From NCBI GenBank assembly GCA_000165345.1, contig CM000432.1:608001-672000 (forward strand): a stretch of DNA of 64,000 nucleotides, written 5' to 3'. Under the pieces are notes generated by a model, which made no database searches, had not been told where the DNA came from, and was given only the letters and a program-made list of their open reading frames with translations. Below are positions 10,848 to 20,596 of this stretch, piece after piece. The first letter of the stretch is position 1. The number at the start of each line of letters is the position of its first letter. Position numbers and translations under genes: made by a program.

Positions 10848-11597
10848 TTATCTATCAATAGAATTTATGATCATCAGTATATATGTAAACACATTTACAA
10901 TGTCCAAATATAGAGAAATCGTTGCAAAAACATATTCATCTATGCAAAATTGATGTTGTCTGTGTTTTCCTCCAATAATTAGTTGCGTATCATATATTAT
11001 ATAAAATGAGAATATCATAACTCCCAGAGCACCCAAGATTATATAAGCAATGTTATTTCGTGGAATAAATATCAATATTATACTGTAAATGAGAACAATT
11101 AAAACACCAATTAATAAATAAGGCCCCCATCCAGTGAAATCGAATTTAACTTGTATTGAAAAAATAGTTAAAGCCAAGAAAATTAAGATTGTAATTCCGC
11201 ATGCGAGCAAAACTGAAAATTTATTAACGCAAACAGCAATCCCAGAAATGCTCATCCCAAAAAATAATGAAAGTAGTAGAAGCAATGTTACTCCAACATA
11301 ATGGCTCTTAGCAATTGAGGGAATGCACGAAAACAATATTATAAAAATTAACGAGCAAATGGAAAATACCACGCTAACCCAATAGTGTTCGATTAACCAT
11401 TTTGATGCTGTTTCATAGAATGAAAAGAATGAAACAATGCCAAATGTAATTGCAATACTAATGGAAAGTAATGAATAGACGCGTTTCACAAAATCATGCC
11501 TGAGCTTTGTTTCAAGATTACAAATAAATATACTATCTGTCGGGTTACTTTCAATTTCTAAGTCTTTGATTACTGCTTCTCTATGTTCGAATGCCAT
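10848..11597 (-). CDS. TMBIM / Bax-inhibitor-1 (Lifeguard/GAAP) family 7-TM protein
   Basis: 249 aa with about seven hydrophobic helices. UPF0005 signature: VKRVYSLLSISIAITFG near the N-terminus and FDFTGWGPYL ... YIIYDTQLIIGG ... DEYVFATISLYLDIVNVFTYIL near the C-terminus. ATG at 11595-11597 (plus cat). Confidence 0.75.
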   Translation of the reverse strand: MAFEHREAVIKDLEIESNPTDSIFICNLETKLRHDFVKRVYSLLSISIAITFGIVSFFSFYETASKWLIEHYWVSVVFSICSLIFIILFSCIPSIAKSHYVGVTLLLLLSLFFGMSISGIAVCVNKFSVLLACGITILIFLALTIFSIQVKFDFTGWGPYLLIGVLIVLIYSIILIFIPRNNIAYIILGALGVMIFSFYIIYDTQLIIGGKHRQHQFCIDEYVFATISLYLDIVNVFTYILMIINSIDR

Positions 11598-11814
11598 TAT
11601 GACGAACTTGAAGTTTATTCAGAAAAAAAAAAATTAATATTGCGATTCAGCGCTCACAATTTTATACTAAAGTTTTCTAAAATCTCATTCAAAAATCAGA
11701 TAAAATTAGTCATAATTTATTCAAGCCCTTTAAAATATTATTCAATTTAAAAATAATTTGTGAATTTAGAAAAAAGTTTAGATTGCTATTGAAGAAAAGA
11801 AGTTAGTACTTAAA

Positions 11815-14800
11815 TTATTTATTCTCAATAGAATTCTGTGTTTTATTACAATTGTAACTTTTGTTTTTTAGTGATTCCAATATACAGTTTAGCTCAGATG
11901 CAACGTCAGGCATGGGAGATTCGATATAGTTATTAATAATACTAGACACGATTCCTGATATATCAGCTTCTGAAGAACCTTGCAATATCTTGCATAGATT
12001 ACTTTCCATTTCGCTTTGATTTAATTTTTTATAATATAGAATTGGATTCGAAATTAATTCATCATAAGTTGCAGTAATATGTGTACTTAGCACTACAAGC
12101 AGTAGATTCTTAATAGTCTCTGAAAAAAAAACAGAAGACGATCCTGTTGAATGTTTGATTAGCACATTTATTAAGTTCATAAGCACTGGAATCAATAGTA
12201 AAAATTTAGTACCCGAATTTTCACAATTACAAAAAGAACTGAATCTATCATTAATTTGGTGATCGCATGGAATATAAACTGGCACCAATAATAGATCTAT
12301 TCTAGCAAGAATAATTTTGGATACAATAGTAATAGATTGAACCTTTCGCTTATAAACAGTATCTTCCCCAAGAATATATTTGGCTGTTTTATTTTTAAAT
12401 TGCTGATCTAAAACTATTAATGTATTTTCGTTTGCTCGTCTTGTTTCAAGGTTGTAGGGGAATTCAAAATCAAATGTAATTAATGGAAGGAAACTTGTTT
12501 CAATTAAGTCTAACCAAATCCATGGATCGCTAACAAACCAAGAGCTAGATAAATGCTGAGAACCCAGTGTTTGTTGTATGCGATTTATTGTGTGATTTCT
12601 CACAATGTTTGGACCAAAAGATGCAGCTATACAAAGAGTATGTACAACTTGAGAAATAAGTGTTTTGCCTTCAAAGTTGGCAAATAAAGAATATAAGGAA
12701 AAAATTAGTGAAATTGCTTGCAAATTTGCATCATAGTTATATTCAATAGTCGCCTCGCTTTCTAATGGAGTAAAAATAACATTACCGTTAAAAGTAGTGG
12801 GAGTAAATATTGCAAATGTCACTAACGTTTGTATAATTAGTGAAGTATTATTATATAATAATGAAGAATATTTTGGGTTATACAGCCACATTCCAAGACA
12901 TTCAAGCGATGACAAGATCAGTATTTGAGGGTCAGAAAGCTTTCCTGGGTAAAACTCTGGAGAAACTTTTGAACAATTTTCGAGGGCAGAAACAGAAGGT
13001 ATGTAAACCATTCTTTGTAATATTCCAAGCATTAACAATACGCATCGTTCTGTGGGGAAATTTAAAAATATACTGGTGTTTTGTATAGTAACTTCAACTG
13101 AATCTATATCATTTCTGCTCTCGGGCCGCATGATTATTTGAAAAACTGCTATTATTCTTTCAGAATGTAGGCTAAAAATTATCGGATGTAATTGAAGAAG
13201 AGCCTCAAGTATTAGAATTATTTGTACCATTAACTCTGAATCATGACTTTCGCATAGCTTAACAAGTATTAATAGCGAATTTGTTATAATTCTTTCTGCA
13301 AACATAAACTCAGATCTAGAAAGAGAGCGAGGATTATCGTTATAATTTGAAGTCTCAATACTTTTCTTGTCTACTTGAAATTCATCAGTTAATTCTCTAT
13401 TTGCAGAGCAAAAAATGGAGTATCTCTTCAAATTTTCCAAAAAAAAGCTAAATACTTCAAGAGTTACGACATTTTCTTTGGTAAATTGGTTGTTTACTTC
13501 ATTTATTTTTGAGCCCATTTTTATTTCCATCTTTTTAGTAATTTGTAGTGACAAAAGTGACATGAGTATACTTAGAGAGCATAGAGGATCAGATATTTTC
13601 CTAAAATTCACAATTTTGTTCCTATCAATTACAAGCAAAGGACTCCAATCGGAATAAATTTCTCCTTCAGTAATTTTACTATTCGTAATATTGATTTGCG
13701 TCTGTGAATTAACAATCGCTGAAGAATCATCTGCTACTTCAGTATTAATTGAGTAATGCTTATCTGATAATGGAAAGCTGTTTATGAAACGTTTTAAAAT
13801 TTTAATTAGAGGATAATAGTCTGAATAACTCATATTTTCTAAATTTTCAATCAATATGTCGCATAAATTCATTAGTTTTGAAAATAAATGAAAGGCTATT
13901 TCCCATGAATTTCCAGAGATTGTAGGTAGTTTGTAATTTATCCAGGAAGATGAAACTTCGTTTATATGCATAGAATTGTCTATACCAGATAAATATTTTT
14001 CCCAATATTTTGAATTCTGTATAATTGCATATATTGAAAGTGATAAATAGGGGGAGCAGCCATTTAAGATCCAGGAGAGAATTATTTCAGATGGAGTATT
14101 AGAATTGTCCCTTGTATTCTTTATATCTTCTTCAGTAATTATCTGCATGATTGAATCAACAATATTCGGTGGTTCATGTAAAAATCTAGAGTTTTCTTCG
14201 TCATCTTCTTCAATTGATCTAAATAAAATATTTGTAATATCGCTTAGCCAATGATTATTATTTGATGATGTCGATTTGGTGAGTCTAAGTGGTAATATAT
14301 GCAATTTTTTATCTAAAATTAATGTTTGGCTTAATTCTAATTCCTTCATATTCTCAGAAGAATTGCTAGCTTTATTAATTACCTCTATTAAGGGTTCAAA
14401 GCCATGTGAAATTCCGAAAGTCTTAGTTCTCGGGAAAAAACAAAGCTTAGGATGTTGTACATTAGAATAGTTTGAAATTGGTCTCCCTTGATTATCAGTT
14501 AATTCTTCAGATTCGAATGTCTTATGTGGAGTAATTTTTATAGAGTTTAATAAAAATATAACTTCAATAATTGTTTCCCAAGGAGAGTCTTCTGTCCATT
14601 TGCTTAAAGTGAGTTTAGATATATGGATAAATATAGGCAGTGCCAATTGACATTTTGCAGATAAGTCTAGGTTTATATACTTTGAAAGGCGTTCGAGAAT
14701 TTTATTAATATGCCTAAATTTTGAAAAAAGATTGCAAAGATTTACAATTTGTAAAATTCCATGAATGCATCTGAATAAGGTTTGAATATCATTGGAGTTT

Positions 14801-17217
14801 TCAAATGCGGTGAAAATACAATCAATTGACCCAGATTCTAGTATAGTTTCAAACATTTCCTCATGAACAGTATGATTCGATTCAAACTCATCAGATAGGG
14901 AATATACTAAAGAAATTGGATATCTATCTATAAAGAATTTTGAAATCCAATTATTCCAAATACTCAAATCAACTTGACTATAATTTCTATTGTGTTTAGT
15001 GGTATTGGAAAGACCAAATAACTTAATTTCATTATTTTTTATTGTTTCAAAAATATTGGCCAAGAATTCTCTAGGTAAGTCCTTACCATTATTAATTCCT
15101 TTATTATTTTTAATGAACTCATCAATTGTCATTTTGTTTTTTACCTGATGATTATGTAGATCAGTATTTAACATTATAATCGAATAACTTAAAATGAATA
15201 TTGTATCGCTATTATCAAGCAATATTGTCTTCTGTTGATTTGTCTCATGTTCAAGATAAAATATAATTCTCGGATAATTTTCCTGATTAACTTCAAAAGA
15301 ATCTTGCTCACCTATTTTGTTGCAAAGGTCTTGCTGTATAAAATATTCATATGAAAAGCTCTCCATTATTCTTTCAATTTGCTGGGACTCACCAGGTAAT
15401 TTAAACGTTGCTAGTACCTCACGCAAAGACGAAATAATTGATTTTTTATTAAAACTAAATGTAGATAAATATGCGACTCTGACCTGGCTATTCCATTCTT
15501 TATTTTTTGAAAGATATTCACCAAGAGTAGTCACATTAACTTTCTGAGAATATCTGAAGAATTTTGCAAGATCCATTGGACTGGGACTTGAGCTAAATAA
15601 GAATGAATTTTTCAGTATATCAAGAAAATTTGAAGGGTCAGAGTTAAATTTTTCGCAGCATCTGGATATTTCATTTTTAAATCTCCTTTGTTTCAGTAGA
15701 TCTTCCTCCAAATTTACAGCTTCATTTGAACTCTTGTTTTTTTCAATATCAACATTCAATTGAATAGATTTTTTAATGGCTCCGATTATATATAATATTC
15801 CATTCATCCCAAGGCGTTGAAACAATGTAAATGTTTTCAAGTTAAAATGTTTCTTATTGGTATTTTTACCTTCAATTTTAAATTGATTAACAAAAGTATT
15901 AATTATTGTTTTGAATACATTTCCACAGTAAATATTACAGTCGTAATTTTGAAAAATTTCGACTATGAATTGAGGATACTTGCATATTTCTATTAATGAA
16001 TTTAAAGCAGATTCCCTTTGCTCTAATGAAATGTGTATTGCAGGGATATTCGTAGGCAACAAATCGATATGATCATCTCCGTTATTAGCTAATCTTAATT
16101 GAATTGCAGTTAAACAAAATTCCAACTGTGTTTTTGTACTGCTTCTAAAATTAGTAAAAATGCTCAACATGCATTTCAGTGTAAGCTGAAGCATTGAAGG
16201 TTCTTTTATTGCGCTTATCAGCATATCCACACATAAATTATTACTTATTTTGTCTATTAGTTTAGGGTAGTCATTAAGAAATTTTCCTCCACTTTCAATT
16301 GCAATATTCATTAGTTCAAGACCCATTTTCCTGACTTCTTGATTTGTAGAGCTATCTGCTCCACCTATTTGAATTGTCTTCTTAATCATTTTTGAAATGT
16401 ATTTATCTAAATCATCAATTGAAGAATTCAAAGTATTAAAATCACCTTTATTCGTATTAGGAAGTCCAAAAAAAGTCAAAACTGATAAAAAATGAATTAT
16501 TCTAATAAGTGAAATATCATAACTGAAATTTTCATTTTTTTGAGATTCTTTTGATTTTGAAAATACAATAGTAACAATCTTCTTGATTGCCTGCTCGCCC
16601 AAAGACCGAAGTAAAAGCGATGACCTCGGCTGTCTTGAAATTTGAAAACACTTTAAGAGGCTCTTTATTAAATTTTCTGAAAAAATGTATTCGCCAAAGT
16701 GTGAGCCAATCAGATTAACCAACAGATTACAAAGCTTTTGAAGAGCAATTTCGTCCGTATCTAAATGTGAGGCAGCAAACTTACAATTAAGAATACTTTC
16801 TATTAATTTATTTATGACAAGAAGCTTTTTTTCATTTTCGATTAAAATTGCATTGTTTACAATAAAAGAATCAATGGCATTTAAGACTGATGCTGTTGCA
16901 TGGCTTCCGTAGTCTGGAGATTGAATAACTTCAAAAAATGGTTCTAGACTGCATTCTTCAATAGTAAATTTTTTTGAAACAGCAATGTCTTCTAGTATCA
17001 ATTGAAACTGATATATTACAGGGAATTCAAATGAGTATATTATTTCTTTCGAATATTTTATCTGAGAAAAATGATGATTATTATGAACCAACGCATTGAT
17101 AATTGTTTCTATTTCACTTTTAATGCACCTCAACAAAAAAGAATCATTATTAGAGTTATTATTATCCTCTGCATCATGACTAATCCAGTTATTTTCAAGT
17201 ATTTCAATATTCCTCAT
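11815..17217 (-). CDS. Large Sec7-domain ARF guanine-nucleotide exchange factor (BIG/GBF-like)
   Basis: 1800 aa, single exon. Sec7 catalytic motifs are ATFKLPGESQQIERIMESFSYEYF (motif 1 with the catalytic Glu) and MLNTDLHNHQVKNKMTIDEFIKNNKGINNGKDLPREFL (motif 2). Length and flanking HEAT-like regions are typical of BIG/GBF ARF-GEFs. Confidence 0.75.
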   Translation of the reverse strand: MRNIEILENNWISHDAEDNNNSNNDSFLLRCIKSEIETIINALVHNNHHFSQIKYSKEIIYSFEFPVIYQFQLILEDIAVSKKFTIEECSLEPFFEVIQSPDYGSHATASVLNAIDSFIVNNAILIENEKKLLVINKLIESILNCKFAASHLDTDEIALQKLCNLLVNLIGSHFGEYIFSENLIKSLLKCFQISRQPRSSLLLRSLGEQAIKKIVTIVFSKSKESQKNENFSYDISLIRIIHFLSVLTFFGLPNTNKGDFNTLNSSIDDLDKYISKMIKKTIQIGGADSSTNQEVRKMGLELMNIAIESGGKFLNDYPKLIDKISNNLCVDMLISAIKEPSMLQLTLKCMLSIFTNFRSSTKTQLEFCLTAIQLRLANNGDDHIDLLPTNIPAIHISLEQRESALNSLIEICKYPQFIVEIFQNYDCNIYCGNVFKTIINTFVNQFKIEGKNTNKKHFNLKTFTLFQRLGMNGILYIIGAIKKSIQLNVDIEKNKSSNEAVNLEEDLLKQRRFKNEISRCCEKFNSDPSNFLDILKNSFLFSSSPSPMDLAKFFRYSQKVNVTTLGEYLSKNKEWNSQVRVAYLSTFSFNKKSIISSLREVLATFKLPGESQQIERIMESFSYEYFIQQDLCNKIGEQDSFEVNQENYPRIIFYLEHETNQQKTILLDNSDTIFILSYSIIMLNTDLHNHQVKNKMTIDEFIKNNKGINNGKDLPREFLANIFETIKNNEIKLFGLSNTTKHNRNYSQVDLSIWNNWISKFFIDRYPISLVYSLSDEFESNHTVHEEMFETILESGSIDCIFTAFENSNDIQTLFRCIHGILQIVNLCNLFSKFRHINKILERLSKYINLDLSAKCQLALPIFIHISKLTLSKWTEDSPWETIIEVIFLLNSIKITPHKTFESEELTDNQGRPISNYSNVQHPKLCFFPRTKTFGISHGFEPLIEVINKASNSSENMKELELSQTLILDKKLHILPLRLTKSTSSNNNHWLSDITNILFRSIEEDDEENSRFLHEPPNIVDSIMQIITEEDIKNTRDNSNTPSEIILSWILNGCSPYLSLSIYAIIQNSKYWEKYLSGIDNSMHINEVSSSWINYKLPTISGNSWEIAFHLFSKLMNLCDILIENLENMSYSDYYPLIKILKRFINSFPLSDKHYSINTEVADDSSAIVNSQTQINITNSKITEGEIYSDWSPLLVIDRNKIVNFRKISDPLCSLSILMSLLSLQITKKMEIKMGSKINEVNNQFTKENVVTLEVFSFFLENLKRYSIFCSANRELTDEFQVDKKSIETSNYNDNPRSLSRSEFMFAERIITNSLLILVKLCESHDSELMVQIILILEALLQLHPIIFSLHSERIIAVFQIIMRPESRNDIDSVEVTIQNTSIFLNFPTERCVLLMLGILQRMVYIPSVSALENCSKVSPEFYPGKLSDPQILILSSLECLGMWLYNPKYSSLLYNNTSLIIQTLVTFAIFTPTTFNGNVIFTPLESEATIEYNYDANLQAISLIFSLYSLFANFEGKTLISQVVHTLCIAASFGPNIVRNHTINRIQQTLGSQHLSSSWFVSDPWIWLDLIETSFLPLITFDFEFPYNLETRRANENTLIVLDQQFKNKTAKYILGEDTVYKRKVQSITIVSKIILARIDLLLVPVYIPCDHQINDRFSSFCNCENSGTKFLLLIPVLMNLINVLIKHSTGSSSVFFSETIKNLLLVVLSTHITATYDELISNPILYYKKLNQSEMESNLCKILQGSSEADISGIVSSIINNYIESPMPDVASELNCILESLKNKSYNCNKTQNSIENK

Positions 17218-17292
17218 ACATAATAATCGGATAACTATTTATTTTATTTTTTAAGATAAAGCATACAAAATGAACTACCGGTTAGTTAACGT

Positions 17293-17306
17293 GGGGGGGG
17301 GGGGGG
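17293..17306. repeat. G14 homopolymer in AT-rich intergenic DNA
   Basis: gtGGGGGGGGGGGGGGtaaa lies 76 bp upstream of the ARF-GEF start codon (minus strand). It is the only long G run in the window. Confidence 0.9.
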
Positions 17307-17676
17307 TAAATATTGTTATGAATTATTATTTATATTTTGCAATATATTAAATGAAAAACTTTACAACAGTCTTAAAGTGACTATTAATCGCCATTATTAT
17401 ATAATTATAACATTTATTTCTATTACTGTGGCCACTGGTTGTTATAATTGATTTTATCTGTATATTTTGAGATAAATATTATTCGTACCGATTATATTTT
17501 TTATTTCAAAATTTGTCTAAATTAATATTAGATGAACCAATCATCATTAGTAGAGGTAAGTTATTTTTAAATACCTTCATTGTAAATCTAATTGTTACTA
17601 ATTTGGAAAAAAAATTAATATTAAAGATTTTAACAGTATCTTGTGTCATATCAAAAGATTTTATTATACTAGGAAA

Positions 17677-17859
17677 ATGGCACAAGAATCAGAGGTTGAA
17701 ACTAAATCATCAATAATACTTCAAAGAGCGTTTAGGAAATGGCGTTCAAGTTGGAATGAAACGTTGCATGTTTTAGTTTGGGGCATTATGCAAACAAGGG
17801 AAAAGGCCGCGATAATTCTGCAAAGGTGGTGGAGGCATTTACTTATTAATAAACATTAA
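17677..17859 (+). CDS. Possible small IQ-motif protein (60 aa)
   Basis: An ATG at ~17677 opens a 60-codon ORF containing two IQ-like calmodulin-binding motifs (IILQRAFRKWR and AAIILQRWWRHLL). It lies in the 757-bp spacer between divergent genes. No other support. Confidence 0.25.
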   Translation: MAQESEVETKSSIILQRAFRKWRSSWNETLHVLVWGIMQTREKAAIILQRWWRHLLINKH

Positions 17860-17974
17860 ATATTTGTTTAGTTTCCAAAGCAGCTTATTAAAAAAACATA
17901 TCTTATTTCATTAATTACTATTACTGCTAAAATTCTATAACTTCTTTAGTTGCCGCACAACCAATTCAACAAAA

Positions 17975-19930
17975 ATGCCTTTTTTTTATATTAATAATGC
18001 ATTGAACTATCTCTCAATATGTAACATTTCTATTGGATTCATTCTTGTTCTGAAAAAACTAGCCCAATTAAGTTCTGAATATATAGAAAATAATGTCCCA
18101 TCTAATTTCTCAATATTTTACTCAACGGAAACGGGAAATTCAAGAAAAATATCAGAATTGTTCAAGAAACTACTAGATGAAATAAGCATTGAAGCCAATG
18201 TCCGTGAGATAAACTCGATACTAGAAGAAAACATGTATTTAAATAGTAACAATTCGGTGTTTGTTTTCGTAGTTTCTACATGCGGAAATGGGAGCTTTCC
18301 AGCATCGTCGAGGAAATTCATTCGTTATCTTTCGAAAATGATAAAATCTGGGAATGAAATATTTTTAGGAATCAAATACACTATTATTGGCCTTGGAAGC
18401 TCCTTATATGAATACTCTTTTAATTCTGCGGCTTTAAAGCTTGATAAATTGATCTCTTCACTTAAAGGTGAGAAATATTGCGAAATTGCACTCTTGGACG
18501 AAGTGAATGGTAATGAGATTGATTTTAAAACATGGTGGAACAATACATTTTTAAATAGGCTTGGAATTTCAGATTCAAAAGAACATTTGAACAAACATTT
18601 CAGTATAGCTGTAACGAGAAAAAAAGATGAATTTGTTTGTAAATTGAGAAGTATTAATGAAATCTCACTTTATAATCACTCTCTCTCTGGGAATTGCCAC
18701 GTTTCTGAAATTTACTTCAAGCTAATAGAATTTTGCCCCATTAACAGAGAATTATTATGTGAAACAAAAACTATCGATGGCATTGAAAGACAAATTTTTA
18801 ACTTAAAACTTGAACTTCCTGATAAAGTACAATATAAGACATTTGATATTATCGATATACTTCCACCAAACCTCGATGAAAACATTACTTTTTTTTCAAG
18901 CAAAGTATTGGGAATAAACAGTATCGAAGATTTAAAAAATATTACTGTTGAATTTGTGCCAATAAATAACATGACGAGAAATATCAGTGTCCCATTTCCT
19001 AATAATCGCTCTTTAATGCATATACTAAAGTACTATTTTGATCTTATGACTTTACCTCCTCACTCAGTAATGCTACAATTTGTTCCTTATTTAAATTCAA
19101 TAGAAGGAGAGCTTATTTCCAACGAAAGTTTTTTTAATGAAAATAAGGATTCTTATGAGTTTTCTTTTCATTTATTTATAAATCGTTTTATGAAAAGTCT
19201 TATTCCAATACCAATAGAAAAGTTTGTTAAATTTACTGGAATCAGACAATATCCAAGGAGCTATTCAATTTCATCCTCCTCACTCGCTTCACCATCAATG
19301 ATTGATTTAACAATTAGTACGTGTATTAAGGGCCAAATCTCTGCCCCATTAAATGAAATAATTAGCGAAGGGGCGAATAAAAAGAATTCCAAAAAAATTA
19401 TCAAAGGATTGTGTTCAAGTTTTCTTTTTGAATTTGATTTGAATTTGCCTGTACTAGGAATGATAAGGTCATCTTCTCTCAATATAGACAATGTGACATC
19501 ATCTGCACTAATGTTTTCACATGGGAGTGGTATTGCGCCTATTAGAGCACTATTACATGAACGAAAATATTTAATTAATGAAAAAAAAATTATAAAGCCA
19601 GCGTATTTGTTTTACGGATGCAGAACAGAAAATGAAATAATTTATAAAGACGAACTTAAGGACTTTAAAAGAATAGGTGCATTAACTGAAGTTTTTTTTG
19701 CTTTGTCTAAGACACAAAAAAAATACGTTAAAGACATAATTCCTTTTTATAAACACATCATTTTAAAGGTAGTTGATCAAAATGATTCAATAATATATAT
19801 CTGTGGGAAAAAGGAATTTGTTTCAGGGATCAAAAATGAAGTTGCATCGATCATTTCTAATAATCGTTCGAGAAATATTATTAAAAAAATGTTTGTTGAA
19901 GGTAGAATTTTTATAGAATCATGGAATTGA
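17975..19930 (+). CDS. NADPH-dependent diflavin oxidoreductase (cytochrome P450 reductase / NDOR1-Tah18 family)
   Basis: N-terminal flavodoxin-like FMN domain (IFYSTETGNSRKISE, FVVSTCGNG...P). FAD-binding RQYPRSYSISSS (RxYSIxSS motif). NADPH-binding FSHGSGIAPIRALLHER and YICGKKE...V. C-terminus ...IESWN resembles the family C-terminal aromatic. The N-terminus has a hydrophobic stretch that may be a membrane anchor. Confidence 0.75.
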   Translation: MPFFYINNALNYLSICNISIGFILVLKKLAQLSSEYIENNVPSNFSIFYSTETGNSRKISELFKKLLDEISIEANVREINSILEENMYLNSNNSVFVFVVSTCGNGSFPASSRKFIRYLSKMIKSGNEIFLGIKYTIIGLGSSLYEYSFNSAALKLDKLISSLKGEKYCEIALLDEVNGNEIDFKTWWNNTFLNRLGISDSKEHLNKHFSIAVTRKKDEFVCKLRSINEISLYNHSLSGNCHVSEIYFKLIEFCPINRELLCETKTIDGIERQIFNLKLELPDKVQYKTFDIIDILPPNLDENITFFSSKVLGINSIEDLKNITVEFVPINNMTRNISVPFPNNRSLMHILKYYFDLMTLPPHSVMLQFVPYLNSIEGELISNESFFNENKDSYEFSFHLFINRFMKSLIPIPIEKFVKFTGIRQYPRSYSISSSSLASPSMIDLTISTCIKGQISAPLNEIISEGANKKNSKKIIKGLCSSFLFEFDLNLPVLGMIRSSSLNIDNVTSSALMFSHGSGIAPIRALLHERKYLINEKKIIKPAYLFYGCRTENEIIYKDELKDFKRIGALTEVFFALSKTQKKYVKDIIPFYKHIILKVVDQNDSIIYICGKKEFVSGIKNEVASIISNNRSRNIIKKMFVEGRIFIESWN

Positions 19931-19986
19931 ATTGTATTGAATCCCGCGTCTCTTTGTCTTTGTTCATTTTCTTATTTTTTTTCGAT

Positions 19987-20420
19987 ATGGTGGTAGGTTG
20001 AAACTTGTTCAAATTGATGTTAACATTTGACGATATTTTTAGTTACCTTTATCTGTAATCAGGGCAGCTCATCACAGGCCAATAGTAAGTTGACTCCTAT
20101 CTATGCGAAAAACTTAATTGATTTAGTTGGTAGAGCTAAAAAATGGAGAAACATATTCTGGAATACTAACAGGCGTAGATGGATTTATGAACTTAGCACT
20201 TAATAACGTTATTTGTAATTCAAGAGATGGGAATGGTTTTTTTAAGATGGTTGAGTGTTATATTAGAGGTAATAACATCAAGTTAATCAGAATTAGTGAT
20301 GAGAATATAAATACTGCAAAAGATGATATGACTCAAAGAGAAACTGCTAGGCTCGGAAATAGAGGAAGGCCCAGAAATGAAACAAGAGCTTCGAGAGTTA
20401 GATCTTCTAAATGGGTGTAA
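19987..20420 (+). CDS. LSM4: LSm4 (U6 snRNA-associated Sm-like protein), spliced
   Basis: Exon 3 (20127..20420) encodes [59 protein letters not shown] plus an RG-rich tail. This is a near-identical pattern to LSM4 ([58 protein letters not shown]). The ORF-track start is a TTG directly after an AG. A 42-nt intron (GTAAGT at 20085 to AG at 20126) joins an upstream exon 20043..20084 encoding LPLSVIRAAHHRPI (compare LSM4 LPLSLLKTAQNHPM). The initiator ATG may be an ATG-only first exon at 19987..19989 followed by a 53-nt intron ending TTTTTAG at 20042. Proposed join(19987..19989,20043..20084,20127..20420). Confidence 0.7.
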
Positions 20421-20596
20421 TTACTTTTAACCTGTAATTTACCCAATCATTCTAGCGCTAGGTTAAATTTTTTTTTTTGAAAAAAAATTATTTTCTTCCT
20501 CGAATTCGAGTATGATCTAACCAATCTATAATCTGTCACGCTGCAATTATCAGAAATATTTAATTTAAATCTTGAAAATTTTGCTTAGAAAATTTA

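Noticed and set aside
17513-17716. ORF 17513..17716 (67 aa)
   Set aside because: Non-ATG start, low-complexity Ile/Leu/Lys product, overlaps the more plausible IQ-motif ORF. Treated as chance.
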